A stretch of 64,000 nt of DNA. Source: Candidatus Latescibacterota bacterium. Its GTDB lineage: Bacteria > Krumholzibacteriota > Krumholzibacteriia > WVZY01 > JAKEHA01. How positions within the stretch are numbered: position 1 is the first letter of the stretch; each line of letters starts with the position of its first letter. Both the position numbers and the translations under genes were made by a program. The notes under the pieces were generated by a model. The model saw nothing but the letters and a program-made list of their open reading frames with translations, searched no databases and was not told where the DNA came from. Below are positions 10,216-20,522 of this stretch, piece after piece. The stretch is taken from assembly GCA_963707635.1 (NCBI GenBank), contig OY970173.1, positions 448,001 through 512,000 of the forward strand, written 5' to 3'.

Positions 10216-12873
10216 TCAGGGGCGGGAGAATTCCCGGAGCCAGTGCTCGACCAGGACGACGCCGTCGGCGGTTTCGGACGAAGTCAGCGACTGGGCGCAG
10301 AGAATACGTCCGTCGCCCGCCACCTCCAACTTGCTGAACCCCCAGAGTTCCAGGCGCGCCTGGAGGGTGTTGAGCACCGGCTGGGGAGTTCCCAGGCGGG
10401 GCGAGGCGCCGGTTTCCACCGACACCATTTCCAGTCGGTCGTTGGCGATGAAGTATATGCGATCACCCGCGGGGGACCATCGGGGCCAGTTGGCCTCCCC
10501 GCTGACCGAAACCTGCCACTTGCCCGTCGCCTGCGGAAACGTGGTCATGTATACGCCGTACGTGCCGGTCTCGTCGGACAGGTAGACGATGTATTTCCCG
10601 TCCGGTGACACGGCGGGGTAGCGTTGGTTCCCGGACCCGGCGAACACCAGGACCCGCGTCGTGTCGGCGCCGGTGGCGTCGATCATGAACAAGTCGGCAT
10701 CCCGGACATTGGGGCTGCCGCTCGGGCGGGATGAAAACACGACCCAGCGCCCGTCGGGGGTGAAGACCGGGAGGTTGGCGCTTCTGACCAGGAACTTCGG
10801 CGCTCCGGTTCCGTCTGCGGGGACGACGTACACGTTCTGGTCGTCGACGTTCCGGTAGACGATGGTCTTCCCGTCGGGAGACCATGCCGGTTGAGCGTTG
10901 TAGTTGCCCGAGAACGTGAGCCGGCTGCGCGTCTCTCGCACGAGGTCGATGACCCAGATGTCGCGCGTGGCCGCGTCCCGCATCGACACCGCGACCCGGG
11001 AGCCGTCCGGCGAGAGCGCGATGGAATTTACATTCTGGAGTGCTTCGGTCGCGAAACCCTGGAACACCCCCGCGCCGTCGAACCAGGCCAGGCGCACGCG
11101 GTCTCCGGTGAGCGTGGGCCGATAGGCGAGCAGTTCTTTCCCCGAGGTGCTGCCGTCGCTGGACTTGGGCGCCAGCAGGAATGGTTCCCCGGTAAGCTCC
11201 AGACGCTCCAGCGAGAACGGAACCGCCCACAAACCCGCGTTGTCCGGAATGCGCACGAACAGGAGATGGCCACTGCTCGAGTAATCCACCGACCAGACGT
11301 TCTGTGAGGTGAGGGTGATCAGGTTCCTGCGCTTTCCATCGGCGAAGAGCTGGATCGTGTCGGGACCGTGGCGCTGGCGGTGCTGTATGAAGACGACTCC
11401 CCTGCCTCCGGGGAGCGCGATCGGCTGATGGAAATCCTGCTCGATTTTGGTGTCGACGGGGATGATCTCCTTCGCGTCGCCGCCGCTGGCGGCGACTTCG
11501 TAGATTCCGCCATTTCCGTACGAAAAGACGATACGGCCGTCGGTTCCCCAGGAAGCGCCGGCGCCCCCGCCGAATGCGGCGGGGGAATCGCAGATGGGTG
11601 CCGGGTCGCCCCCATCGGCGCGGACCTTCCAGAGACGCCGCGATGTGGCGTAGCCGACGAGTTCCCCGTCGGGGGACCAGAACGGCGCGACCTCGGACGT
11701 TGCCTCCGCGACCGGGTGGGAATCGAGTTTGTCGAAGTCGCGAATCCAGAGCCTCCCGTCGCAATGGAAGGCGAGGCGCCGGCCATCAGGCGAGAGCCGC
11801 GGGGTTTCCGCCGCGCCCAGCGAATCATTCGCGGTGACGTCGAGCAGGAGCTTGCGAACCGCCGGCTCGGGCGCGGCCGGGGTCAGCATGCGTGTGAGCG
11901 CGCTGGCTCCAGCCGCGACGACGGCGAGCAGCACGGCGACTACGGCCATCGCGCGCGGACCGGCGAAGCGTTGCTTCGGAAGCGACGGCGCTCCCACCGC
12001 GGCCGGCTCGTCGAGCATGCGCCCGGTTCGCACGTCGTCGATCACGAGCACGGCTTCACCGATGTCACGGAGACGGCGCTTGGGATCCTTCTCGAGGCAG
12101 CGCTTGAGCAGGCGACGGATGGCGTGTGGACAATCGGACGGAAGCACGGAAAAATCGACGTCGGCGCGCAGCACGCCGGCGAGTGTGTCACTGACCGTCT
12201 CGCCGGCGAACGCCTGCCGGCCGGTGAGCATCTCGTAGAGGACGGAACCGAAGGCGAAGATATCCGCGCGCTTGTCGACGGTTCGACCGCGCGCCTGCTC
12301 GGGGCTCATGTACGCGGCGGTCCCCAGAATCACGCCCTGAAGCGTGGGGCTGCTGCCGAGCAGGGTCGGCGACTGGGTGAGGTTCGACGCGTTGGTGACC
12401 GGGTCGAGCGCCTTGGCCAGCCCGAAGTCGAGCACCTTCACCGCGCCGGTCGACGACACGACGATATTGCTGGGCTTGAGGTCGCGGTGGATGACGCCGG
12501 CCTCGTGCGCGGCCTCCAGCGCTTCGGCGACCTGGAGCGCGATGGCGAGCGCATCCTCGAGCGGGACGCTTCCGCGCGCGATGCGTCGCGAGAGGTCTTC
12601 CCCGTCGGCCAGCTCGAGCACGAGGAAGCGCCTGCCGTCCGACTCGTCGAGACCATAGATGGCGCCGATGCGCGGGTGGTTGAGCGACGCGAGCAGCCGC
12701 GCTTCGCGCTCGAAACGCGAGAGGCGCTCGGGGTCGCGCGCGAAGGCGTCGGGGAGCAGTTTGAGCGCCACATCGCGGCCGAGCCGGGTGTCGCGCGCGC
12801 GATAGACTTCGCCCATTCCTCCGGCGCCGAGCTTGCCGGTGATGTCGTAGTGCGAGAGACGAGTGGGTTCCAT
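10216..12873 (-). CDS. Hanks-type Ser/Thr protein kinase with TM segment and C-terminal TolB-like (PD40) beta-propeller
   Basis: LGAGGMGEVY, VALK, HRDLKPSN, DFGLAK, YMSPEQ; repeated (W)SPDG motifs. Confidence 0.93.
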   Translation of the reverse strand: MEPTRLSHYDITGKLGAGGMGEVYRARDTRLGRDVALKLLPDAFARDPERLSRFEREARLLASLNHPRIGAIYGLDESDGRRFLVLELADGEDLSRRIARGSVPLEDALAIALQVAEALEAAHEAGVIHRDLKPSNIVVSSTGAVKVLDFGLAKALDPVTNASNLTQSPTLLGSSPTLQGVILGTAAYMSPEQARGRTVDKRADIFAFGSVLYEMLTGRQAFAGETVSDTLAGVLRADVDFSVLPSDCPHAIRRLLKRCLEKDPKRRLRDIGEAVLVIDDVRTGRMLDEPAAVGAPSLPKQRFAGPRAMAVVAVLLAVVAAGASALTRMLTPAAPEPAVRKLLLDVTANDSLGAAETPRLSPDGRRLAFHCDGRLWIRDFDKLDSHPVAEATSEVAPFWSPDGELVGYATSRRLWKVRADGGDPAPICDSPAAFGGGAGASWGTDGRIVFSYGNGGIYEVAASGGDAKEIIPVDTKIEQDFHQPIALPGGRGVVFIQHRQRHGPDTIQLFADGKRRNLITLTSQNVWSVDYSSSGHLLFVRIPDNAGLWAVPFSLERLELTGEPFLLAPKSSDGSTSGKELLAYRPTLTGDRVRLAWFDGAGVFQGFATEALQNVNSIALSPDGSRVAVSMRDAATRDIWVIDLVRETRSRLTFSGNYNAQPAWSPDGKTIVYRNVDDQNVYVVPADGTGAPKFLVRSANLPVFTPDGRWVVFSSRPSGSPNVRDADLFMIDATGADTTRVLVFAGSGNQRYPAVSPDGKYIVYLSDETGTYGVYMTTFPQATGKWQVSVSGEANWPRWSPAGDRIYFIANDRLEMVSVETGASPRLGTPQPVLNTLQARLELWGFSKLEVAGDGRILCAQSLTSSETADGVVLVEHWLREFSRP

Positions 12874-12949
12874 GGGCGAGGGCGGCGAGGTAATTGTAAT
12901 CGAAAGCCAGGGTTGCTGTCACTGCGCCATCCTCGGATATAATCAAGTC

Positions 12950-13399
12950 ATGAGTCTCCCCCTGTCGCATCGAATCGGCCCCGCGTCGCCGGAGGATCTG
13001 CCCGAGGTTCACGCGTTGCTGCGAAGCCACGGCCTGCCGACCGAGGGCCTCGAGCCGTTCATCGACACACTGCTCGTTTCGCGCTCACGCGGACAAATCA
13101 TCGGGTGCGCGGCACTCGAGATCTACGGCGCCGCGGCGCTCTTGCGATCGGTGGCGGTGGACGTCGGCTGGCAGGGGCGAGGACTCGGCGCAGATCTGGA
13201 GGAAAAGGCGCGACGGCTCGCTCGCGCTCGCGGTGCGCGCGAGATATTTCTGCTCACCACTACCGCCGCGGAGTACTTCGCGCGTCTGGGCTTTGCGCGC
13301 TGCGCGCGGGAAGATGCGCCGGAGGCGATGCGGAAGTCGCTGCAATTCACCACCCAGTGTCCGTCGAGCGCGGTCGTGATGCGCCGCGCGCTGGAGTGA
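12950..13399 (+). CDS. GNAT N-acetyltransferase, ArsN2-like
   Basis: LLRSVAV, QGRGLG, LLTTTAAEYFARLGF, C-terminal CPSSAVVM; TATAAT 6 nt before ATG 12950. Confidence 0.8.
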   Translation: MSLPLSHRIGPASPEDLPEVHALLRSHGLPTEGLEPFIDTLLVSRSRGQIIGCAALEIYGAAALLRSVAVDVGWQGRGLGADLEEKARRLARARGAREIFLLTTTAAEYFARLGFARCAREDAPEAMRKSLQFTTQCPSSAVVMRRALE

Positions 13400-13436
13400 C
13401 GATCGGCGCTCCCGGAATGACCCGGGAAACAGGCTG

Positions 13437-13516
13437 TAAGTTGTTATGACTTAATGCCTTGCAGCATGGTTCCGGGCGAAAAAATGGTTCCCATTCCTCC
13501 CCAAACGCTCTATTAT
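13437..13516 (+). promoter_or_regulatory. Putative promoter module of gyrA-rex (copy 2 of the shared gyrase-operon module)
   Basis: TAAGT-N15-CCTTG, TCCGGG, A-tract, TTCCCA-17bp-TATTAT; aligns ungapped with 4874-4953. Confidence 0.65.
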
Positions 13517-13644
13517 AGCGAACACATGAAACTTCTTTCACAACCGGGCGCCACCCCGCGTGGCCGAGGTCGTGAGAGCGGGGTTCCAGAAGTCAGGTAC
13601 AAGGCGTCCATGCGCCGCAAACCCTTGACCGGCAGGAGCACGTT

Positions 13645-16083
13645 ATGGCCCTGAATGAGAGGATCGTTCCGGTACCCATCGAAGACGAGATGCGGAATTC
13701 GTATCTCGACTACTCGATGAGCGTCATTATCTCCCGCGCGCTGCCCGATGTGCGCGATGGCTTGAAGCCGGTGCATCGCCGTGTCCTCACGGCCATGAAC
13801 GACCTCTCGCTCATCCACACGCGCTCCTACCGCAAGTCCGCGAAGGTCACCGGCGACGTGACCGGTAATTACCACCCGCACGGCACGACCGCCGTCTACG
13901 ACACCATCGTGCGCATGGCGCAGGAGTTCGCGCTTCGCTACCCGCTGGTCGACGGCCAGGGGAATTTCGGCTCGATCGACGGCGACCCCGCGGCGGCGGA
14001 GCGGTACACCGAAGTCCGGATGACGCCGTTCGCGGAGGAAATGCTCGCCGATCTCGACAAGGACACGGTCGACTTCGGGCCCAACTACGACGAGTCGCGC
14101 ACGATGCCGCTCGTGCTCCCGGCGAAAGTGCCCAACCTGCTCGTCAACGGCGCCGCCGGCATCGCCGTCGGCATGGCCACCAACATCCCGCCCCACAACA
14201 TCGGGGAGATCTGCGAGGCCAGCATCGCCGTGCTGGAGGATCCGGATACAACCGACGAACACCTGCTGACGATCGTCAAGGGGCCCGATTTTCCCACCGC
14301 CGGCATCGTGCTCGGTCGGCTGGGCATTCGCGAGGCCTACCGAACCGGCCGCGGCCGCATCGTGGTGCGCGCGCGGACCCACGTCGAAGACATGAAGGGC
14401 GACCGCGAAGCCATCATCATCGACGAGCTCCCGTACCAGGTGAACAAGGCCCAGCTCATCGAGCGGATCGCGGAACTGGTCAAGGACGACGTCATCACCG
14501 ACATCGCCGACATCCGCGACGAATCCAGCCGCGAAGGCATGCGCGCCGTCATCATCCTCAAACGAGACGCCGACGCCCGCGTGGTGGAGAACCAGCTCTT
14601 CAAGCACACGCAGATGCAGGTGACCTTCGGGATCATCATGCTCTCGCTGGTCAACAACCGGCCGGAAGTGCTTTCACTGCGCGACATGATCCAGCACTGG
14701 CTCAACCACCGCGAGGCGGTGGTGGTACGGCGGACCAAGTTCGAACTGAAGAAGGCCGAGGAGCGCGCCCACATCCTGGAAGGGCTGCGCATCGCGCTGG
14801 ATCATATCGACGAGGTCGTGGCGCTGATCCGGGCGTCGAAGGACGTCGAGACCGCGCGCTCCGGCTTGATGACGCGCTTCGGGCTCAGCGAGGTCCAGGC
14901 CAACGCCATCCTCGACATGCGCCTCCAGCGCCTCACCGGTCTCGAGCGCCAGAAGGTCGAGGACGAGTACCAGGAGCTCCTGAAACTGATCGCGGAGCTC
15001 AAGAGCGTCCTCGCCGACCGGGCCAAGGTGCTCGCGGTGATCAAGAAAGAAATCGAGGAGATCAAGGAGAAGTACGGCGACGCCCGCAAGACCGAGATCG
15101 TCGACTCGGGCCCGGTGGACTTCAACGTGGAAGACCTGATCGCCGAAGAGGACATGGTGATCACGATCAGCCACGCGGGGTACATCAAGCGCATCGCGCT
15201 CGACGCGTACCGCCAGCAGAAGCGGGGTGGGCGCGGCGTCACCGGCATCAAGATGCGCGACGAAGATTTTGTCGAGCACATCTTCGTCGCCTCGACGCAC
15301 AGCTACATCCTGTTCTTTACGGATTTGGGGCGCTGCCACTGGGTGAAGGTGCACGAGATTCCGGAGGCCGGGCGCGCGGCGCGCGGCAAGGCGATCGTGA
15401 ACCTGCTGGGACTCCAGGAGGGCGAACGTATTTCGGGCCGCGTGCCGGTAAGCGAATTCCGCGAGGATCGCTTTCTCGTGCTCGCGACGCGAAACGGCGT
15501 TATCAAGAAAACCAACCTGAGCGAGTACGGGCGTCCCCGCCGCGGCGGCATCATCGCGGTAAATCTGCGGGATGAGGATCACCTGATCGCGGCCGCGATC
15601 ACCAACGGCGACCAGGACATCGTGCTCGCGAAGCGCAACGGGCGCTCGATTCGTTTCCACGAGAAGGACGTGCGCGGCATGGGCCGCGCCGCAACCGGTG
15701 TCAAGGGCACCACCCTGGTGGGCGACGACCAGGTAGTGGGCATGGTGGTGGTGGCGGCCGGGGCGTCGCTCCTGACGGTGACCGAGAACGGCTTCGGCAA
15801 GCGGTCGCCGCTCGAAGACTATCCGGTGAAGCACCGCGGGGGCATCGGGGTCATCAACATCAAGACCACCGATCGCAACGGCAAGGTCGTCACCATTCAG
15901 GAAGTGAAGGACAACGACCAGATGATGATCATCACCAAGAACGGCATCGTGATTCGGTGCCCGATTTCCGGGATCTCGGTGATCGGCCGCAACACGCAGG
16001 GCGTGCGGCTGATCAACCTCGAAGACGACGACCGCGTGGTCGACGTCGCACACCTGGCCGTGGAAGACGAGGATGAAGCCTAG
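13645..16083 (+). CDS. gyrA: DNA gyrase subunit A
   Basis: [28 protein letters not shown] (catalytic Tyr), GyrA-box QKRGGRG, acidic tail. Confidence 0.98.
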   Translation: MALNERIVPVPIEDEMRNSYLDYSMSVIISRALPDVRDGLKPVHRRVLTAMNDLSLIHTRSYRKSAKVTGDVTGNYHPHGTTAVYDTIVRMAQEFALRYPLVDGQGNFGSIDGDPAAAERYTEVRMTPFAEEMLADLDKDTVDFGPNYDESRTMPLVLPAKVPNLLVNGAAGIAVGMATNIPPHNIGEICEASIAVLEDPDTTDEHLLTIVKGPDFPTAGIVLGRLGIREAYRTGRGRIVVRARTHVEDMKGDREAIIIDELPYQVNKAQLIERIAELVKDDVITDIADIRDESSREGMRAVIILKRDADARVVENQLFKHTQMQVTFGIIMLSLVNNRPEVLSLRDMIQHWLNHREAVVVRRTKFELKKAEERAHILEGLRIALDHIDEVVALIRASKDVETARSGLMTRFGLSEVQANAILDMRLQRLTGLERQKVEDEYQELLKLIAELKSVLADRAKVLAVIKKEIEEIKEKYGDARKTEIVDSGPVDFNVEDLIAEEDMVITISHAGYIKRIALDAYRQQKRGGRGVTGIKMRDEDFVEHIFVASTHSYILFFTDLGRCHWVKVHEIPEAGRAARGKAIVNLLGLQEGERISGRVPVSEFREDRFLVLATRNGVIKKTNLSEYGRPRRGGIIAVNLRDEDHLIAAAITNGDQDIVLAKRNGRSIRFHEKDVRGMGRAATGVKGTTLVGDDQVVGMVVVAAGASLLTVTENGFGKRSPLEDYPVKHRGGIGVINIKTTDRNGKVVTIQEVKDNDQMMIITKNGIVIRCPISGISVIGRNTQGVRLINLEDDDRVVDVAHLAVEDEDEA

Positions 16084-16095
16084 GTGCGGCTCAAA

Positions 16096-16713
16096 ATGGA
16101 GAAGATCTCCGAGTTTACGGTTCGACGCCTTTCGAACTACTACCGGATCCTGCTCGACCTCGAGAAACGGGGCATCACGACGGTCTCGTCGCAGCGCCTC
16201 GCCGATCTCGGCGGGATCACGAGCGCGCAGGTGCGAAAAGACCTCTCGTATTTCGGCAACTTCGGCACCCGCGGGCTCGGCTACAGCGTCAGCGAGCTCA
16301 AGAGTGCGATCATGCAGATCCTCGGGCTCAACGCGAAATGGACGATGGCGCTCTTCGGCGCCGGGTCGCTCGGCCACGCGCTTTTCTTCCACCAGGGCTT
16401 CCGCGAGGACGGCTTCTACTTCAAGCACGTGTTCGACGTCGACCCGGGCAAGGTCGGGACGAAGTGGCTCGACGTCGGCATCTTCCACCAGCGCGACGCC
16501 GAGGACGTGCTCCGTCGCGACCCGGTGAGTATCGCGGTGGTGGCGATACCGCCCGACGCGGCGCAGGACGTGATCGACATGGCGGTGCGCACCGGCATCC
16601 GGGGCATCCTCAACTTTGCACCGACGCAGGTCTCGGTCCCCGAGGGGATCTGGCTTCGTAACGTCAACCTGGCCGTGGCGTTGGAAAGCCTGAGCTTCTA
16701 CCTTTCGATGTGA
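16096..16713 (+). CDS. rex: Redox-sensing transcriptional repressor Rex
   Basis: RRLSNY, QVRKDLSYFGNFGTRGLGY, GAGSLG, ILNFAP. Confidence 0.93.
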   Translation: MEKISEFTVRRLSNYYRILLDLEKRGITTVSSQRLADLGGITSAQVRKDLSYFGNFGTRGLGYSVSELKSAIMQILGLNAKWTMALFGAGSLGHALFFHQGFREDGFYFKHVFDVDPGKVGTKWLDVGIFHQRDAEDVLRRDPVSIAVVAIPPDAAQDVIDMAVRTGIRGILNFAPTQVSVPEGIWLRNVNLAVALESLSFYLSM

Positions 16714-16761
16714 GTCGTCGTCGCGGGTCCTGCCGCCGATCTACCCCACCGGAGTGTGGCA

Positions 16762-17664
16762 TTGAAGAGAGTTTTGATCACTGGCGCGTCGGGGTTCATC
16801 GGGTACCACTGCTTCGAGCCCCTGCGGGCGCGCGGCTTTGAGATCCACGCCGTGTCCAGCCGGCCGCGCGGAGAAGATCCGCCCGGCGTCAGGTGGCTCC
16901 AGGCGGACCTGCTCGAGTCCGGTGCCGCCGCCGCGATCGTCGGCGCCGTCAAACCGTCGCACTTGCTCCACCTGGCGTGGTCCGTGGTGCCAGGAAAGGT
17001 GATTTCGTCCCGGGAGAATTTCGATTGGGTGCGCGCGAGCATGGAGCTGGTGAGCGCGTTCGCGGAGCAGGGCGGGAAGCGACTCGCGGTATCCGGCACC
17101 GGTTACGAGTACGACTGCACCCGGGGCCGGTGCTCGGAGTACACGACACCCACGGTACCGCAGACGGTCTACGGGTCGTGCAAGCTCGCGCTCAACCTGC
17201 TCGTGCTTGCGCTCTGCGCCCAGGCCGGGGTCAGCGCGACGTGGGGACGTGTCTTTTTCCTGTACGGGCCTCGCGAGCATCCGCAGCGGCTGGCCGCTTC
17301 CGTGATCCTCTCGCTGCTCAAGGGTGAACCGGCGCGATGTTCCCACGGTCGGCAGGTTCGCGACTACATGCACGTGCAAGACGTGGCCGACGGGCTGGTC
17401 GCCCTCCTGGACAGCGGGGTTACCGGCTGTGTCAACATTTCGTCGGGGCGGGAGACGTCGGTGGGCGAGGTCGCCATGACCATCGGGAGACTGTTGGGGC
17501 GGCCGGAGTTGATCCAGCTCGGCGCCATCCCGACTCGCGCCGACGATCTGGCACTGGTGGTGGGCGACAACACACGGCTGGTTTCCGAGGTCGGGTGGAA
17601 GCAGCGCCTCGAACTCGAGGCGGGGCTGCGACAGACCATCGACTGGTGGCGGGCACAGAACTGA
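16762..17664 (+). CDS. NAD-dependent epimerase/dehydratase
   Basis: ITGASGFIG, YGSCK (YxxxK), YGPRE, RDYMHVQDVA; TTG start after GGAG. Confidence 0.88.
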   Translation: MKRVLITGASGFIGYHCFEPLRARGFEIHAVSSRPRGEDPPGVRWLQADLLESGAAAAIVGAVKPSHLLHLAWSVVPGKVISSRENFDWVRASMELVSAFAEQGGKRLAVSGTGYEYDCTRGRCSEYTTPTVPQTVYGSCKLALNLLVLALCAQAGVSATWGRVFFLYGPREHPQRLAASVILSLLKGEPARCSHGRQVRDYMHVQDVADGLVALLDSGVTGCVNISSGRETSVGEVAMTIGRLLGRPELIQLGAIPTRADDLALVVGDNTRLVSEVGWKQRLELEAGLRQTIDWWRAQN

Positions 17665-17673
17665 TGCGTTGCT

Positions 17674-18975
17674 ATGAGTGAGATCTGCGTTCTGGGCACG
17701 GGCATGGCCGGTTACGGCGCGGCCCATCGCTTGCGCGAGGCGGGCGTGCGCGCGCTGGTGTTCGACAAGCGCGACTATTACGGCGGCCACACGGCGTCGC
17801 ACACGTACGAGGGAAAGTACACCTTCGACGAAGGACCGCACGTGTCGTTCACCAAGGACAAGCGTCTCCAAAAGCTGTTCGCCGAGAACATCGACAACCA
17901 GTACGAAACGCTCCACACGAGCGTGAACAATTACTGGAAAGGACACTGGGTGAAGCACCCGGCCCAGGTGAATCTCTACGGATTGCCGCCCGATCTCGTG
18001 GTTCGCGTGATCGAGGACTTCGTGGAGGCGCAGCGCACGCCGCACGGGGAGATCGTGAATTACGAGCAATGGCTCCGGGCGAGCTTCGGAAACACGTTTG
18101 CGGAAACGTTTCCGATGCAGTACACGATCAAGTACCACACCACCGAAGCGAAGAACATGAGTCTGGACTGGATCGGGCCGCGGCTCTACCAGGCCAGGCT
18201 GGAGGAGGTGCTGCGCGGCGCGCTCACGCCTTCGACGCCGGACGTCCATTACGTCGACCACTTCCGCTACCCGACGCGCGGCGGGTTCGTGTCCTACCTG
18301 AAGCCGTTCATGGAGAGCGCGGACCTGCGCCTGAGCCATGCCCTCGAGCGCATCGATCCCAGACAGAAGGAGATTCGCTTCGCCAACGGCGCGACGGTTT
18401 CCTACCGGGGAATCGTGTCGTCGGTGCCGCTGCCCGCCCTGATCCCGCGCATCGCCGGCGCGCCGAAAGACGTGCTGGCGGCGGCGGCGCGGCTGGCCTG
18501 CACCGAGCTGGTGACCGTGAACCTGGTCGTGGACCGGCCCGACCTCGTCGAAGCGCACTGGACCTACATGTACGACGACGACATCTTCTTCACCCGCTTG
18601 AGCACGCCGCACCGGCAATCGCCGAATAATGTTCCGCCGGGCTGTGGCAGCCTGCAGGCGGAGTGTTATTATTCCAGTAAGTACCGGCCGCTCGATCGCG
18701 AGCCGCGAGACTGCATCGAGCCGACCATCCGCGACCTCAAGCGGATCGGGCTGTTGCGCGCGGAGGACAAGATCCTGTTCCAGGGTGCCATGCACATCGA
18801 ATACGCCAACGTGATCTTCGATCTCGAGCGCGCAGCGTCGCTGAAAACGGTGCACGGCTACCTCGATGACATTGGAATCGCCTACTGCGGTCGGTACGGC
18901 GATTGGGCCTACATCTGGACCGACGAGTCGTTCATGAGCGGCGAGAAGGCCGCGGAAAAGATCCTGGCGAAGTAG
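17674..18975 (+). CDS. FAD-dependent oxidoreductase (UDP-galactopyranose mutase / protoporphyrinogen oxidase-like fold)
   Basis: VLGTGMAG, FDEGPH, FRYPTRGG, GRYGDWAY. Confidence 0.8.
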   Translation: MSEICVLGTGMAGYGAAHRLREAGVRALVFDKRDYYGGHTASHTYEGKYTFDEGPHVSFTKDKRLQKLFAENIDNQYETLHTSVNNYWKGHWVKHPAQVNLYGLPPDLVVRVIEDFVEAQRTPHGEIVNYEQWLRASFGNTFAETFPMQYTIKYHTTEAKNMSLDWIGPRLYQARLEEVLRGALTPSTPDVHYVDHFRYPTRGGFVSYLKPFMESADLRLSHALERIDPRQKEIRFANGATVSYRGIVSSVPLPALIPRIAGAPKDVLAAAARLACTELVTVNLVVDRPDLVEAHWTYMYDDDIFFTRLSTPHRQSPNNVPPGCGSLQAECYYSSKYRPLDREPRDCIEPTIRDLKRIGLLRAEDKILFQGAMHIEYANVIFDLERAASLKTVHGYLDDIGIAYCGRYGDWAYIWTDESFMSGEKAAEKILAK

Positions 18976-18985
18976 GGGGAGCAGG

Positions 18986-20392
18986 TTGAGAGCAGCGACC
19001 ATACTGGCGACGATTGGATTGACGGCCTCGTGGGTGTCGACCGCCTTCGGGACATCCGGGGGCGAGGCGCAGGCCGCCGACTCCTCCCCCCTGCGCGTCG
19101 CGCCCGGACGGGTCGCGTTCGCGATGACCGCCGACGGCCGCTGGAAGTCCTTCGGCTTGCGCGGCGAGCGGGTCATGGTCAAGGACGGCGGCGTGCTGGT
19201 GTTCGCCGCCGGGCCGGACGAGAAGCTCCTCGAGCTGGCCAACGCCGCATCCGGGGACACGCGATCGCTCACGCCTGGACCAATCGCGATGACGCACGAA
19301 GGCGCGCCCGGAGGCGAGCGGGCCCCGTCCCGGTTCCCCGACGACGACGACGACGCGCGCATCGACGAGGACCCGCTTGACGGAATCGACAACGACCACG
19401 ACGGCGCCATCGACGAGGATTTCGCCGCCATCGGCGACGAAATGACGGCGGCGACGTTCGCGCCTCGAAACCGCCGGTCGCTCGTCATTCACCAGGAATG
19501 CTACGCCTGGTCGCTCTCTCACATCGACGGCACGGTGGTGTCCGCGATCACGGTGCGAAATGCAGGCAAGGACGCGCTCGCGGGCCTGCGCGTCGGCGTT
19601 GCGATCGAGACGGAAGAACGGATGACGGAGGAGCGGGCGCCCCATATCGAAAGCTCGCGCTGGAGCGGCGAACGCGCCGGTGACCTGGTGATGCAGCCGG
19701 TGGTGCTCCGCGGCCGAAACCGCGCGATGGCGCTGGTGCTGTTCGCGCCGCGAACACGCGCGGAGGCGTCGTGGGAGCTGCGCGTGGATGGATCGACGAT
19801 CGTCGTCATCTCCCCGTCGCTGGGTGACCTCGCGCCCGACGGCGAGACCGCCGTGTATGTCGCCTTGATCGCCCTTCCCGACGACGATCTCAAAGTGGCG
19901 CGCGCGATTCACGCGACGGCGCGGACCGTGGTGGGCGACGGATCGACGCGGCTGATCCCACCGCCGGTGTCGGTCACGGCCGGCGACCGCGCGGCGCCTG
20001 CGACCGCGCCCGCGACGGCGGCGGGGGACGGCTCCGGGATCGACCCGTTCTGGAACACGCCCGGGAAGCTCCTCGAAACCCTGGTCGTCGGCTCCCCGAA
20101 TCCATTCCGCGACGCCATCGCGATCGACTACCAGGTACCCGAGCGCGCCGTCGACGAAGACGGCGTGGAGCACGCGCTCTCCGCGGTGTCGGTGTCGACC
20201 AGCGTCAAGGTCTACAACGTGGCGGGACGGCTGGTGGCGACACTCGTCGACACCGAGCACGCCCCCGGGCGCTACCGCACCGGGTGGACCGCGCACAACG
20301 ACACGGGCGAGAACGTCGCGAGCGGGGTCTACTACGTGAAGCTCACTATCGGCAAGCGGTCGGTGACGCAGCGTCTCGTGCAGCTGAAGTAG
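18986..20392 (+). CDS. Secreted protein with acidic Ca-binding-like repeat and C-terminal FlgD-Ig/T9SS-type sorting domain
   Basis: Signal peptide; DEDPLDGIDNDHDGAIDED; PNPF...VYNVAGRLVATL...W...G..VASGVYYVKL. Confidence 0.78.
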   Translation: MRAATILATIGLTASWVSTAFGTSGGEAQAADSSPLRVAPGRVAFAMTADGRWKSFGLRGERVMVKDGGVLVFAAGPDEKLLELANAASGDTRSLTPGPIAMTHEGAPGGERAPSRFPDDDDDARIDEDPLDGIDNDHDGAIDEDFAAIGDEMTAATFAPRNRRSLVIHQECYAWSLSHIDGTVVSAITVRNAGKDALAGLRVGVAIETEERMTEERAPHIESSRWSGERAGDLVMQPVVLRGRNRAMALVLFAPRTRAEASWELRVDGSTIVVISPSLGDLAPDGETAVYVALIALPDDDLKVARAIHATARTVVGDGSTRLIPPPVSVTAGDRAAPATAPATAAGDGSGIDPFWNTPGKLLETLVVGSPNPFRDAIAIDYQVPERAVDEDGVEHALSAVSVSTSVKVYNVAGRLVATLVDTEHAPGRYRTGWTAHNDTGENVASGVYYVKLTIGKRSVTQRLVQLK

Positions 20393-20522
20393 GGCGGCGG
20401 TTTTTTCCCACCCCCGGGCCTACCGGACTGGCCCCGATCTTGATATAATTCCCCCGTCGGCCAACCCGACAAGGAGCAGCCATCGGAACCACGCGTCACC
20501 CACATAACGGAGGCCTTCTCCC

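Noticed and set aside
7316..13644. Genomic island or prophage between gyrB and gyrA
   Set aside because: No integrase, tRNA, att-like direct repeats or visible compositional shift
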